From Trichodesmium erythraeum IMS101 (lineage in GTDB: Bacteria > Cyanobacteriota > Cyanobacteriia > Cyanobacteriales > Microcoleaceae), in contig NC_008312.1 in the NCBI RefSeq assembly GCF_000014265.1, positions 5,970,001 through 6,002,000 of the forward strand: a stretch of 32,000 nt of DNA, in the 5' to 3' direction. The translations under genes and the position numbers were made by a program. Positions 18,405-28,600 of the stretch are shown here, piece after piece. The notes beneath the pieces are model-generated. The model had not been told where the DNA came from, ran no database searches, and saw only the letters and a list, made by a program, of their open reading frames with translations. Numbering within the stretch: the first letter of the stretch is position 1; each line of letters starts with the position of its first letter.

Positions 18405-18560
18405 CCCCAAACAAGCAAAGTCATTACCCTGATATTGCTAATCTTACTTCAGAATTAGAGACAGAATTTGGCAATAAAAAAGTCTGACCTCAAAGTTTTC
18501 TAATAAACTCTAAAACTATTTATTCTACATATTTAGCTGAAGATACTATTGCCAAAATTT
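18405..18560 (+). pseudogene. Second, heavily decayed relic of the same Uma2-family gene
   Basis: ~155 bp aligns by eye, at roughly 70% identity, to 9350-9500. Example: CAAACAAGCAAAGTCATTACCCTGATATTGCTAATCTTACTTCAGAATTAGAGACAGAATTTGGCAATAAAAAAGT versus CAAACAAGCAAGGTGGTTATTCTGATGTGGCTTATCTTACTTGGAAATTGGATACAAATTTTGGCAATGAAAAAGT. Multiple stops, no ORF. Confidence 0.6.
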
Positions 18561-18633
18561 CAAGCTTCCCGCTTTAGTAAGAAATACCGTTTCACTACAA
18601 AACACAAAAATGCAGTTTTGCGCCCAAAAAGCC

Positions 18634-18657
18634 AACTGATAACTGATAGCTGAAATA
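18634..18657. repeat. Left arm of a 24-nt inverted repeat built from AACTGAT-type heptamers (STRR-like)
   Basis: AACTGATAACTGATAGCTGAAATA. It is complementary to 19337-19360 at 21 Watson-Crick positions plus 3 G:U positions. Confidence 0.85.
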
Positions 18658-18672
18658 TCTAATAAGACATCA

Positions 18673-19332
18673 GTGTCACAAAAAATTATACAAATACTTT
18701 ATTTTATGAATAATCAAATTTTGAAGAAAAAATTACAAGAAAAAATCAAAAATATTCAAACTAGAAATGATGGTTCTCCTGTTACTAACTTGAAGATAGA
18801 AAAAACTTTAGAGAAAGAAATTGAGCAGTTAACAAAAGAACTAGAAAATCTAAATCCTCATCCTCAACCTCTCTTATCTGCTCCTAATTTATTAGAGGGA
18901 ACTTGGCAACTGCAATACTCTACAGCTAGAGAAATTCGTTCTTTAGATTCCCTACCATTAGGATTAAAAGTAGGTAAAATTTATCAAGTAATTAATATTG
19001 AAGATAAAGCATTTTTCAACCTAGCTCAAGTAAAATATCCTCTAAAATTAATATCAGGATATGTAAAAGTAACTGCTAGTTTTGAACCTGCTATAAATAC
19101 ACTTGGTTTAGTAGATAAACGTATCAATGTATATTTTGACCAACGTTATTTAGCAATAGAGAAAATTTTAGGTATTGACACCCCTAAACTCAATCCCTTT
19201 AAAGTTATAAAAGCTAATAATCCTCAAGGTAGAGTCGCTACACTTGATATTACTTATATAGACGAAAATTTCAGAGTAGGACGTGGGGGAGATGAAAGTT
19301 TATTTATTCTCAATAAAGCTAATATTTTATAG
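18673..19332 (+). CDS. PAP/fibrillin (plastoglobulin-like) family protein
   Basis: LEGTWQLQYSTAREIRS...KVGKIYQVI...ATLDITYIDENFRVGRGGDESLFILNK matches the PAP_fibrillin pattern (GxWxLxYTS ... LDxTYLDxxLRIxRGxxGxLFVL). The track start is GTG at 18673; the first ATG is at 18706. Confidence 0.85.
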   Translation: MSQKIIQILYFMNNQILKKKLQEKIKNIQTRNDGSPVTNLKIEKTLEKEIEQLTKELENLNPHPQPLLSAPNLLEGTWQLQYSTAREIRSLDSLPLGLKVGKIYQVINIEDKAFFNLAQVKYPLKLISGYVKVTASFEPAINTLGLVDKRINVYFDQRYLAIEKILGIDTPKLNPFKVIKANNPQGRVATLDITYIDENFRVGRGGDESLFILNKANIL

Positions 19333-19336
19333 TAAG

Positions 19337-19360
19337 TATTTCAGTTATTAGTTATTAGTT
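19337..19360. repeat. Right arm of the 24-nt inverted repeat bracketing the fibrillin gene
   Basis: TATTTCAGTTATTAGTTATTAGTT, starting 5 nt after the TAG stop (19330-19332). Confidence 0.85.
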
Positions 19361-19589
19361 TTTAGTACCTCATTCTGACTGAATTAGGAGTAAATAAAAT
19401 CATAACCTTTCTTCTTTTTTTATCTCCTTTAAAATCGCTATTTATCTTATTTATTGACTAGTTTTTTTTGATAAAACATCCCTCAGCTAAAGCAGCAAAA
19501 ATGCAGATAAATTAATATTATAAACGTAATTATTCAGCTAAATTTTTACCATATTCACTTTCCTTACCAACAAAATTTTTGAGTAATAC

Positions 19590-20066
19590 CTAATTATAAT
19601 TAATTAATTTATTTCCTTTATATTCCATAATTATCATAGGAATTTTGAATATTTTTCTGCCTAATTGAGAGATGCCAAATTTAAACTTTAAAGATTTAGG
19701 TGATTCGGCTAAAGAAATAGGAACAAAATCTAAACGACTGTAAAAAGATTCTAATTTTTTACCTAAACATTCCAGATATAAAGGTTTAGTTGCTTGTTCA
19801 ATCAGATATTTTGCAAGTGTTGTACCTAGCCCACATTTTTGCCAAGATTTTACAACTACTAAACTACCTAATTCTTGTGCATCCTCAAAATTACGCAACT
19901 GTCCACAAGCTACTAATTTTCCCTCACATTCAATTAGCAAAAATTGTTCCCAACGTAATTGAGTCGGGTCAAGTTTAGCAGTGAAAACTAACTTACGGAT
20001 AGACCAGATATCCTTAGCAGATGCAAGTCTTAAATTACAGGAATTTGGCAATACTATTTCTGTCAT
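19590..20066 (-). CDS. GNAT family N-acetyltransferase
   Basis: Acetyl-CoA binding motif A context: ELGSLVVVKSWQKCGLGTTLAKYLIEQA. Size is typical. The ATG at 20066 is preferred over the track's TTG at 20075. Confidence 0.85.
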   Translation of the reverse strand: MTEIVLPNSCNLRLASAKDIWSIRKLVFTAKLDPTQLRWEQFLLIECEGKLVACGQLRNFEDAQELGSLVVVKSWQKCGLGTTLAKYLIEQATKPLYLECLGKKLESFYSRLDFVPISLAESPKSLKFKFGISQLGRKIFKIPMIIMEYKGNKLINYN

Positions 20067-20185
20067 TTTCAACAAATAAAAATCTTAGATATCTTCATTA
20101 TAATGAATATAGTTATTTGCTCTACTTTATAAGAAAGATTATATAATCTAAAAAGTTCAGAAATAATAATTAAAAAATATTGATT

Positions 20186-20968
20186 ATGCCTTTTACTCCT
20201 ATCTCTGAAAACGTAGCAAAAACTAGCCTAAAAAATATTCAACTTATAGCTACTGATATGGATGGTACATTAACAAAAAATGGTAAATTTACCTCTGATC
20301 TTTTTCTTGCTTTAGAAAAATTAGCGGCAGCAAAAATTCAGGTATTAGTAATTACAGGTCGTTCTGCTGGTTGGGTGCAAGCAATCAAAAATTATTTACC
20401 TATAGTAGGAGCGATCGCTGAAAATGGCGGTCTATTTTATCCTATTCATAGTGAAACACCTCAATTTTTAATTTCCATACCAAATATTACTCTACACCGA
20501 CAAAATTTAGCCAATATTTTCCAATACTTAAAAAGTCAATTTCCCCTAATTGAACCATCTGTTGATAATCAGTTTAGATTAACAGACTGGACTTTTGATA
20601 TACAGAATTTGAGTATCTCGGAACTAACAAAAATGGCAGATATTTGTCAAAGCAAAGGTTATGGTTTTACCTATAGCACTGTGCAATGTCATATCAAACC
20701 TTTACAGCAAAATAAAGCAAGTGGACTATGCAAAATTATTTCAGAATACTTCCCTAATTTAACAACAGAAAAAGTCATTACGGTTGGTGATAGTCCTAAT
20801 GATGAAAGTCTATTTGAAGAGAGTAAATTTCCTTTTTCAGTGGGAGTAGCAAATATTCTCGAATATGCCAATAAAATAAATCATCAGCCAGTCTATGTTA
20901 CTAGTAAAAAAGAAGCAGAAGGTTTTTGTGAATTAGCAGAATTAATATTAAGTATTGATCAACATTAA
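20186..20968 (+). CDS. HAD-IIB (Cof-type) family phosphatase/hydrolase
   Basis: Motif I IATDMDGTLT (DxDxT), motif II VITGRS, motif IV GDSPNDESLF, with a cap domain between. ATG at 20186 (the track starts at TTG 20180). Confidence 0.85.
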   Translation: MPFTPISENVAKTSLKNIQLIATDMDGTLTKNGKFTSDLFLALEKLAAAKIQVLVITGRSAGWVQAIKNYLPIVGAIAENGGLFYPIHSETPQFLISIPNITLHRQNLANIFQYLKSQFPLIEPSVDNQFRLTDWTFDIQNLSISELTKMADICQSKGYGFTYSTVQCHIKPLQQNKASGLCKIISEYFPNLTTEKVITVGDSPNDESLFEESKFPFSVGVANILEYANKINHQPVYVTSKKEAEGFCELAELILSIDQH

Positions 20969-21251
20969 TATCTATATACTATCATATTTTAGGCAAAATA
21001 TCTATCTAAAATATGGTAAATTATTTTCAATACCAGCCATTAATAAATATTAATATACTTAAAATTATCTGGTTAAAATTATGATTAAAAAGAGCTATAA
21101 TTACAGAAAAAGGCATCCAGCTTTTGTTGTCAGATTTAATTCTGCTTCTATTAATAAAACTTGATCTAAAACTAAAAACAATAGCCGCATTGTGCAGTTT
21201 CTCCCTAGGAGGTTAGCTGATGACTAACGGCTGAATTATTATAAATTAATT

Positions 21252-21998
21252 ATGCTAAAATTAGAATCAACACAAATTAGGATAGTATTAGTAGAAGCCA
21301 AAGGGCCACTCAATGTCGGTTCTGTAGCAAGGATTATGAAAAACATGGGCTTAAATCATTTGGTCTTAGTTAATCCTCAATGCGACCCTTATGGAGCAGA
21401 AGCCCGACAAATGGCGGTTCATGGGGTAGAAATTTTAGAAAAGGCGACAATCGTTCCCACATTACCAGAAGCTCTAAAAGGATGTCACAGAGCGATCGCC
21501 ACTACATCCCTAGACCGTTCATTGCCCACCCACCTAGAAAACCCTAAACATTCTCTACCTTGGCTACTGGGATATTCAGGAGCTTTAATATTTGGAAGAG
21601 AAGATCGAGGCTTAACTAATGTAGAATTAAATTATGCCCAAAGATTTGTCCGTATTCAATCTGATGACTCCTATCCCTCTCTAAACCTAGCTCAAGCAGT
21701 AGCCATATGTTGTTATGAGCTATATCAGGCACAACTTAATCAGGAGAATAATCCTCAAAGCCAAGCAAATCGTGATTTAGAAGCCTCCCTAGATGTTCTA
21801 GAAGCATATTATCAGGATTTAGAAACCATATTGTTGAAAATAGGTTATCTTTATCCCCATACAGCATCCAGCAGAATGGAAAAATTTCGCCGTCTATATA
21901 ACCGCGCCTATCCCTCCACTCAAGAAGTGGCAATGTTACGAGGAATGATTAGACAAATCAATTGGGCACTATCTAATTATGATCATGATGGTACTTAA
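21252..21998 (+). CDS. SpoU/TrmH-class RNA 2'-O-methyltransferase, TrmJ-like subgroup
   Basis: IRIVLVEAKGPLNVGSVARIMKNMGLNHLVLVNPQ, FGREDRGLTN and PSLNLAQAVAICCYEL are the three SPOUT motifs in the TrmJ/LasT arrangement. Confidence 0.88.
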   Translation: MLKLESTQIRIVLVEAKGPLNVGSVARIMKNMGLNHLVLVNPQCDPYGAEARQMAVHGVEILEKATIVPTLPEALKGCHRAIATTSLDRSLPTHLENPKHSLPWLLGYSGALIFGREDRGLTNVELNYAQRFVRIQSDDSYPSLNLAQAVAICCYELYQAQLNQENNPQSQANRDLEASLDVLEAYYQDLETILLKIGYLYPHTASSRMEKFRRLYNRAYPSTQEVAMLRGMIRQINWALSNYDHDGT

Positions 21999-22026
21999 TT
22001 TTTATCTTTGGCTATTCATATATTGT

Positions 22027-22132
22027 CAGGACTGACGCACCCAAACAAGAAAACAGGTTTATTGCCCTGATGATTGTTTTTTGCCCAGTGACCCGAAATT
22101 TCCTCCCTCAAAACGGTTTTTGCATAAGTCCT
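22027..22132. mobile_element. MITE-like ~106-bp element with imperfect terminal inverted repeats AGGACTGACGCA / TGCATAAGTCCT
   Basis: Termini match 10/12 as inverted repeats. They share the core GGACTNAYGCA with the element at 29007-29096. The element is GC-richer than the surrounding spacer. Confidence 0.4.
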
Positions 22133-22837
22133 AATTTTCAAAGGTTATTCTTAACTATTTAATTAAGGATATTTTTTGTGCAAATCTGTAACAGAAGTCC
22201 ATATTTATTCTGTTGGTTTAATTAATTTTGCTATTATCTAAAACGTATTAAGTTAAGAAGAAAAGTCCCAAAATAGCAATAGGTTTAAAAGGATTTTAAG
22301 CCTGTTGTTGAAAGTAAGTTACATACTGTACTCAGTATTCTTACGCAAAAGAGGAACTGAGCTGCCAAAACTCTCTGAGATAAATTTGGGTAATATTAAT
22401 AGAACGGTATAGATACCAAGAACTTAAAATTTATCCATGATTTTACTCCAAAGAGTAGTCAACTAAAGCTAGGCATGTGAGGTCAAGTTATTCTGTTTAA
22501 AGCTAGTTTTCTAGTAACTTTAACAAAGAACTTAGTCCTAATAATAAAATAGGTACGCACAATAAATATCCTATTAAAAAAAGCATACTATAGTAAAAAA
22601 GACTTGGCAGAGCTTGTAATTAATTTGTGTACTTGCTGATGAGACTAATTCACTATCAAAAAACTCAAAATCTATCATAAATTAATAGAAATAGTTGTCT
22701 GGGTTTCCTCTAATTTTTTGGATATCCAATCACAGACAAAATCATTTTTTTTTGAGCTAGCTTTTGAGATTTTTACCCATAGTATAAAACCTCGCCCTTA
22801 AGAGTGAGAGCTGATAAAATTATAGTTATATATTAAG

Positions 22838-24253
22838 GTGTTTGGAGTGGTTCAAAGGTTTCCTAATCCATCAATTCTTTCAGTGGTATCTTCTACTTCT
22901 AAGTCCGACTCTCAGTCGCAAAAATCTAGTAGGAGAAAAAATACTAATCAACTGCAACCGCAGCTACCTCTCAGGAAAAAGGGTAATGTAGCTAAGTTTC
23001 CACTGCCAGGTGACGAGAGAACATCTCTCAGGCCAGTGCCTCCAAAAAAGAAAACTGTTGTACCTAGAGTTTCAAAACCAGAGATTCCTAAATTTCAATC
23101 TCATAGGGCTAGACGTAGCCGAAGAGAGGAACTCGCTAGATTGAGGAAGCTCGCAGAACAACAACCCACATCATCTGTTCAACCTCGTAAACGACCAGAA
23201 AAAGCTCAATCTTTTATTTCTGAGTTACTACCATCTAAAAAATCACTAGTTACCAGTCCTAATTATTTCCGTTCCCCTTCTTTGCTGTTATATATAACTC
23301 GGATGTTAATCTTAGGTGTAGGAATAGCAGTTATTATGGGAACAGTGCTATCAATATTAAAGCCAGGAAGTAATTATAGTCTGGTATCTCGCGCAGCAGA
23401 TAATAAGGGACAGATAAATACTGAATGGAAATCTCCCCCAATTGTACCTTTAGTAGTACAACAAACTAGGGAAATTACAGCTTTAAAAACAGAGTTAGAT
23501 ACAATAATCACTAAATTCCCAAGCCTAACACCAGGGGTATTTCTGATTGATACTGATACTGGCGCTTATGTAGATATTAATGGAGATGCTACTATGGCGG
23601 CAGCGAGTACGATCAAGTTACCGATATTAGTCGCTTTTTTCCAGGCAGTGGATCAGGGCAGAATCAAATTGAATGATCTGCTAACAATGAAGGAATCTCA
23701 TGTTGCTGAGGGTTCCGGAAATATGCAGTTTCGTAATCCTGGAAGCAAATATACGGCTTTACAAACTGTAAGAAAGATGATCATTATTAGTGATAATACA
23801 GCAACTAATATGTTAATTGAAGAACTGGGAGGAGCTGAAATTTTAAATCAGTCATTTCAGAGCTGGGGTTTAAAGAATACTGTAATTAATAATTCTTTAC
23901 CAGATTTGTCAGGAACAAATACAACAACTTCCAAGGATTTGATCAATTTAATCTCACAGATAAATCAAGGTGGTTTGGTGTCTTTGAAGTCTCGCGATCG
24001 CTTGTTCCGGATCATGGAGAGAACTCAGAACAATTCTTTGCTGCCTAGGGGGGTAGGTAGAGGTTCTGTAGTTGCTCACAAGACAGGTAATCTAAAATCT
24101 ATGTTGGCAGATGTGGGTATGATTGATTTAGTTAATGGCAGGCGTTATCTATTGGCTGTACTGGTGAAGCGTCCGGATGAGGATCAGGATGCTGTAGATT
24201 TAATTCGCAGGGTATCTAAAGAAACTTATAAATATCTTAAATCCTCACAATAG
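22838..24253 (+). CDS. Class A beta-lactamase-fold serine hydrolase with a long basic disordered N-terminus and one TM helix
   Basis: S-x-x-K (AASTIKLPIL), SDN (IISDNTATN) and KTG (AHKTGNL) motifs in the canonical order. TM segment LLLYITRMLILGVGIAVIMGTVLSIL. GTG start in the track, so the exact start is uncertain. Confidence 0.85.
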   Translation: MFGVVQRFPNPSILSVVSSTSKSDSQSQKSSRRKNTNQLQPQLPLRKKGNVAKFPLPGDERTSLRPVPPKKKTVVPRVSKPEIPKFQSHRARRSRREELARLRKLAEQQPTSSVQPRKRPEKAQSFISELLPSKKSLVTSPNYFRSPSLLLYITRMLILGVGIAVIMGTVLSILKPGSNYSLVSRAADNKGQINTEWKSPPIVPLVVQQTREITALKTELDTIITKFPSLTPGVFLIDTDTGAYVDINGDATMAAASTIKLPILVAFFQAVDQGRIKLNDLLTMKESHVAEGSGNMQFRNPGSKYTALQTVRKMIIISDNTATNMLIEELGGAEILNQSFQSWGLKNTVINNSLPDLSGTNTTTSKDLINLISQINQGGLVSLKSRDRLFRIMERTQNNSLLPRGVGRGSVVAHKTGNLKSMLADVGMIDLVNGRRYLLAVLVKRPDEDQDAVDLIRRVSKETYKYLKSSQ

Positions 24254-24285
24254 TATTGATTTCAGAACTTACCAGTGATACTCAT

Positions 24286-24366
24286 TCTGAATCCGGTTTA
24301 TAGATATGGGGTGTGATGTTTAGAGAGGATTTTGAAAAAGAACATACATTAACAACCGGATTTAGT
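24286..24366. repeat. Small inverted-repeat element with AATCCGGTT-containing arms
   Basis: Left arm TCTGAATCCGGTTTATA (24286-24302), right arm TAACAACCGGATTTAGT (24350-24366), about 12/17 complementary. Confidence 0.55.
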
Positions 24367-24578
24367 ATGATAATAGTGGCAAGTTCTTGAGTGCCCAAAA
24401 ACTTTAGACTATAGAAGCTTGATGGTATTTTTTAGCCCTTAAATCCTGAAAAGTTTATAGATTAAGTTTTTGGGCGTTTTCAATTTTCCCACACCCAGCA
24501 ACTCTAATATAATTAGCAGATGTATTCAAAAAAAAACAGTTAAAAAGTCTCTTGATAGGCGGGGGAAACTTTAAGATC

Positions 24579-24765
24579 AAATCCGGTTGGATAGTTATTC
24601 TATAGTTGGAGGTGGAGAGGTGGGGAATAAGGGAATAATTATAGAGTCATGACTTATTCATTACAGTTATATATAATGTATTTGTGGTAAGAATTTCAGA
24701 TTTTAAAACTACAATTAGTGCCTTAAGTTCTGAAAATTATAAACATATACTATGTAACCGGATTT
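24579..24765. repeat. Second inverted-repeat element with the same AATCCGGTT termini (~187 bp)
   Basis: AAATCCGGTTGGATAG (24579-24594) versus the reverse complement of CTATGTAACCGGATTT (24750-24765), 14/16 match. Confidence 0.6.
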
Positions 24766-25637
24766 TATATAAACCTAATTTTTCTCTATTCTGATATTTT
24801 CCAGAATAATTGTTCTGAATTAACATTGAAAATCCTAGGCACAAGTTTATAGAAACTCAAATCCTATCTTTTATTTGTCAGGCTTAAGTTTTTTTAGGAG
24901 TCAGGAGTAGGCAGTAATAGAAAGCTCAAAGTAAGATTTTAAAAATTCAAAAATTCAAAAATTCAAAAGTTAAAAATCTTAAAGCGCTCAGTAATTTTAC
25001 CAAATTATTTCACATATATTTTTAAACTATTTTTAAACTATTTTTAAGATTCTTTTTTTTTTCATCCTTGGTATCATACAGTTCTCAAACGGGTTTTATA
25101 TGGTTTAGACCTGAGTAATATTGAATCTGGTTAAAAAACTTCACGATTAACCTAGCTAAAATCCTGATAAATAGTATTAAATTTTCATTATTGTTAAGCT
25201 AGTCTCTTAGAACTACTTTACAAATTATACTTTACTAGAAATAAGCTGTATATAGTGTAAATCAATAATTAATCACACTAAATATAGAGAAAAACTGGAT
25301 TAAGTTTACAATTGAAAAATCAATAGTTTATATTGATACATAGAACTATAAGAACAATAGTTATTATTTTGTGTTAATGTAAAATGTGAAAAATCAACTA
25401 AAAAAAAGTAAGAAAATGAATATAGCAGTTGTTTAAAACAACGAAAAAAAGACAGCAAAAACCAAGGAGTCTATTTCACAAAGAATAATTTTTGAGGATT
25501 TCACGATTTTTATATTACCTAAATATGAAAGCTTCAAAAATAGTGGGATAGGTTTAAGAAAAGTCTACATCAACTAAATAATAATCACTCAGTAAGAAAT
25601 TATCGCTAAATTCGACAAATATCACCACTATAGCAAA

Positions 25638-28600
25638 ATGATTCCTCAAAAACTACAACTCAAAAATTTTCTCAGCTATCACCAAGCGACTTTAGATTTC
25701 ACAGGTCTGCACACTGCCTGCATTTGCGGACCTAACGGTGCTGGAAAATCTTCCCTACTAGAAGCGATCGCTTGGGCAATATGGGGAAATAGTCGGGCTG
25801 CCACTGAAGATGATATTATCAGTCTGGGAGAAAAAGAAACACGGGTAGACTTTACATTCTCCACTCACGGTAATATTTACCGTGTTATTCGTGGTCGTCG
25901 TCGCGGTCAGTCACCCACCCTAGAATTTCAAGTTAATACAGGTTCACAGTTTAAAAGTCTAACTCAAAAAGGTGTCCGAGCAACCCAACAAAGCATTATC
26001 GAATATATCAAGCTTGACTATGAGACATTCGTAAATTCAGCATATTTACGTCAAGGTAGGGCAGATGAGTTTATGCTTAAACGCCCAAATGAACGAAAAG
26101 AAATTTTGGCAAGTCTCCTAAAACTTGACCAATATGACACCCTGGGAGAAAAAGCAAAAGATATTGCTCGGCAGTTTAAAGCAAAAGTCGAAATACTTGA
26201 ACAAAGTCTAGAAGCGAACGAAAAACAGCTAGAACAGAAAGAAGCGATCGCTCAACAACAAAATAACCTGAAAGCAATTTTAGCTCAACTGCAACAAAAA
26301 CAAGAAACTGACAGACAACAACTCAAAGAACTTCAAACCAAACAACATGAGCGCCAAACCTGGCAAAAATTACTGCAAGGTCAACAACAACAATATGACA
26401 AACTTGTGCAAGAATGTTCTCGTCTCAAACAGGAACTAAAAGCTACTCAACAACAACAAGATGAACTTATAGCAGTATTGCAACAAGAAAATGAAATCAA
26501 TGCTGGATATGTTCATTTCCAAAACTTGCAAGCTACTGAAGAAAGTTTATCTGCTAAGTTCAAAAAACACCAGAATGCTCTCAAGCAAAGTCAACAACTC
26601 CAGGAAAAACAACGGCAAGAACTCCAGAAATTAGAAAACAACATTCAGCAATTTCGAGGGCAGTTAAATTCCCTCAAAGAGCAGGAACAAGAAAATCTAA
26701 ATGTTCTAAGTAAGCGTACCGATATTGAAACGGCTTTAGCAGAACTACAAGCAGCAAGGGTCAAATTAAATGAGCTGGATAAGTTACAAGTAGAAGTTAC
26801 TCCTCTGGTGCAACAACGCCAGAAATTACAAACCGAACTCGAAAAGAGGCAGGCACGTTTGAGCGTAAGGTTGGAAGAACTTAATTCTCGAGTTTGTCAA
26901 CTACGACAAACTCAACAGCAAAAGCAACCACAACTACAGGCAACTTTGCAGGAGGTTGTAGCAGAAATTGCTGTACTGGATAATAAGCGGGTTTATCAAG
27001 AACGGGTCAGGGAAAAAGGGCAGGAAAGACATCAGTTTCTGGAACGTTTAATTGGCAATAAAAAAGATTATGAAACCAGACTGGCAGAGTTGGGGCAAAA
27101 GTTACAGTTATTAAATATAGGTAGTAATAATGGTAAAGTAGAAGTTAAAGAATATCCACCTTGTCCTTTATGCGATCGCCCCTTGGATGAACATCACTGG
27201 CATTTGGTGGTAGATAAACATCAAACTCAGCAAAAGGAAATTAGAGATCTGTTGTGGGTGACACGGGAGCAACTGACTATTTCTGAACGAGAAATTCAGG
27301 TTTTAAGAACAGAATATCGGCAAATAGACGAGGAGTTAGGTAAATATGATCAGTTGCGGGAGAGCCGGGGTGGTTTACAGGTACAGTTGGATAATATTAA
27401 ACAGGATGAAAGTTTGGTGCAAGAATTAGTAGAGGAAGTGGCAAAAGTTGAGCGATCGCTACATACGGGTGATTTTGCTGTGAATTTATATGCTGAACTT
27501 AGCACTTTAGAGCAGCAAATTCAACAATTTAATTATGATGAGCGCAGTCATAGTTTAGCGAGGGAAGAGGAAAAAAAATTAAGATGGGCAGAAATTAAGT
27601 ATGGGCAAATTAAAGATGCAGAGATAAAGTTAGGAAAAGTTCGCGCTCTGATGCCAGAAATTGAAGAAAAAATAGTTGGCTTAAAACAAGATTTGGAGCT
27701 ACAAAAACAAAGTTCTCAAATACAACAAGAAATTGTGGTTATTGAGAGAGAAATTGCTGAAATTGGGTATGATTTAGAGTTACATAATAATGTGAGATTG
27801 GAGTTGAGAAAAGCACAGTTTTGGCTAACTAAAATTGAAAAATTACGTCAAGCTCATAAACAATATCCTTACTTAATTGAAAGGATAAATGAGTTAAAGG
27901 CAGTTATAGAAAATCGACAGCAAGATTTAACAGATATTAAAAGTCAAGTTTCTATTTTAAATCAACAGTTAGAAAAAACTCCAGAGTTGGATGAAAAAAT
28001 TATCTATTTAGACAAAAAAATTCAAGTTCGTCGCCAGGAATTAGATGAAACATTGGGAAGTTTAGGCTCATTGGAACAGCAGTTAAAACATTTAGAAAAT
28101 TTGCAACTTCAAAACGGTAAACAATTAGAAGAATTACAAACTACGAAACGGCAATATAGAGTTTATCAGGAGTTAAGTTTAGCTTTTGGGAAAAAGGGAA
28201 TTCAGGCATTAATGATTGAAAATATTTTGCCTCAGTTAGAGGCAGAAACTAATCAAATTTTGGCGAGATTAAGTGCGAATCAACTGCATATTCAATTTGT
28301 GACGCAAAAAGCTACAAAAGGAAGTAAGAAAAATGCTAGATGGATAGATACATTAGATATTTTAATTGCAGATGCCAAAGGAACAAGACCTTATGAAACT
28401 TATTCGGGAGGAGAAGCTTTTAGAGTTAATTTTGCAATTCGTTTAGCTTTATCAAAATTGTTGGCACAACGTTCAGGCACTGCTTTACAAATGTTGATTA
28501 TTGATGAAGGTTTTGGAACTCAAGATGCTGAAGGATGTGACAGATTAATTGCGGCTATTAATGCTATTGCTACTGATTTTTCTTGTATTTTAACAGTGAC

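Noticed and set aside
24793-24812. Possible orphan copy of the 16-bp unit in reverse orientation (TATTTTCCAGAATAAT versus TATTATTTTTCCAGAA).
   Set aside because: The match is only ~12 nt with an indel in an AT-rich context, which cannot be distinguished from chance without a genome-wide search.
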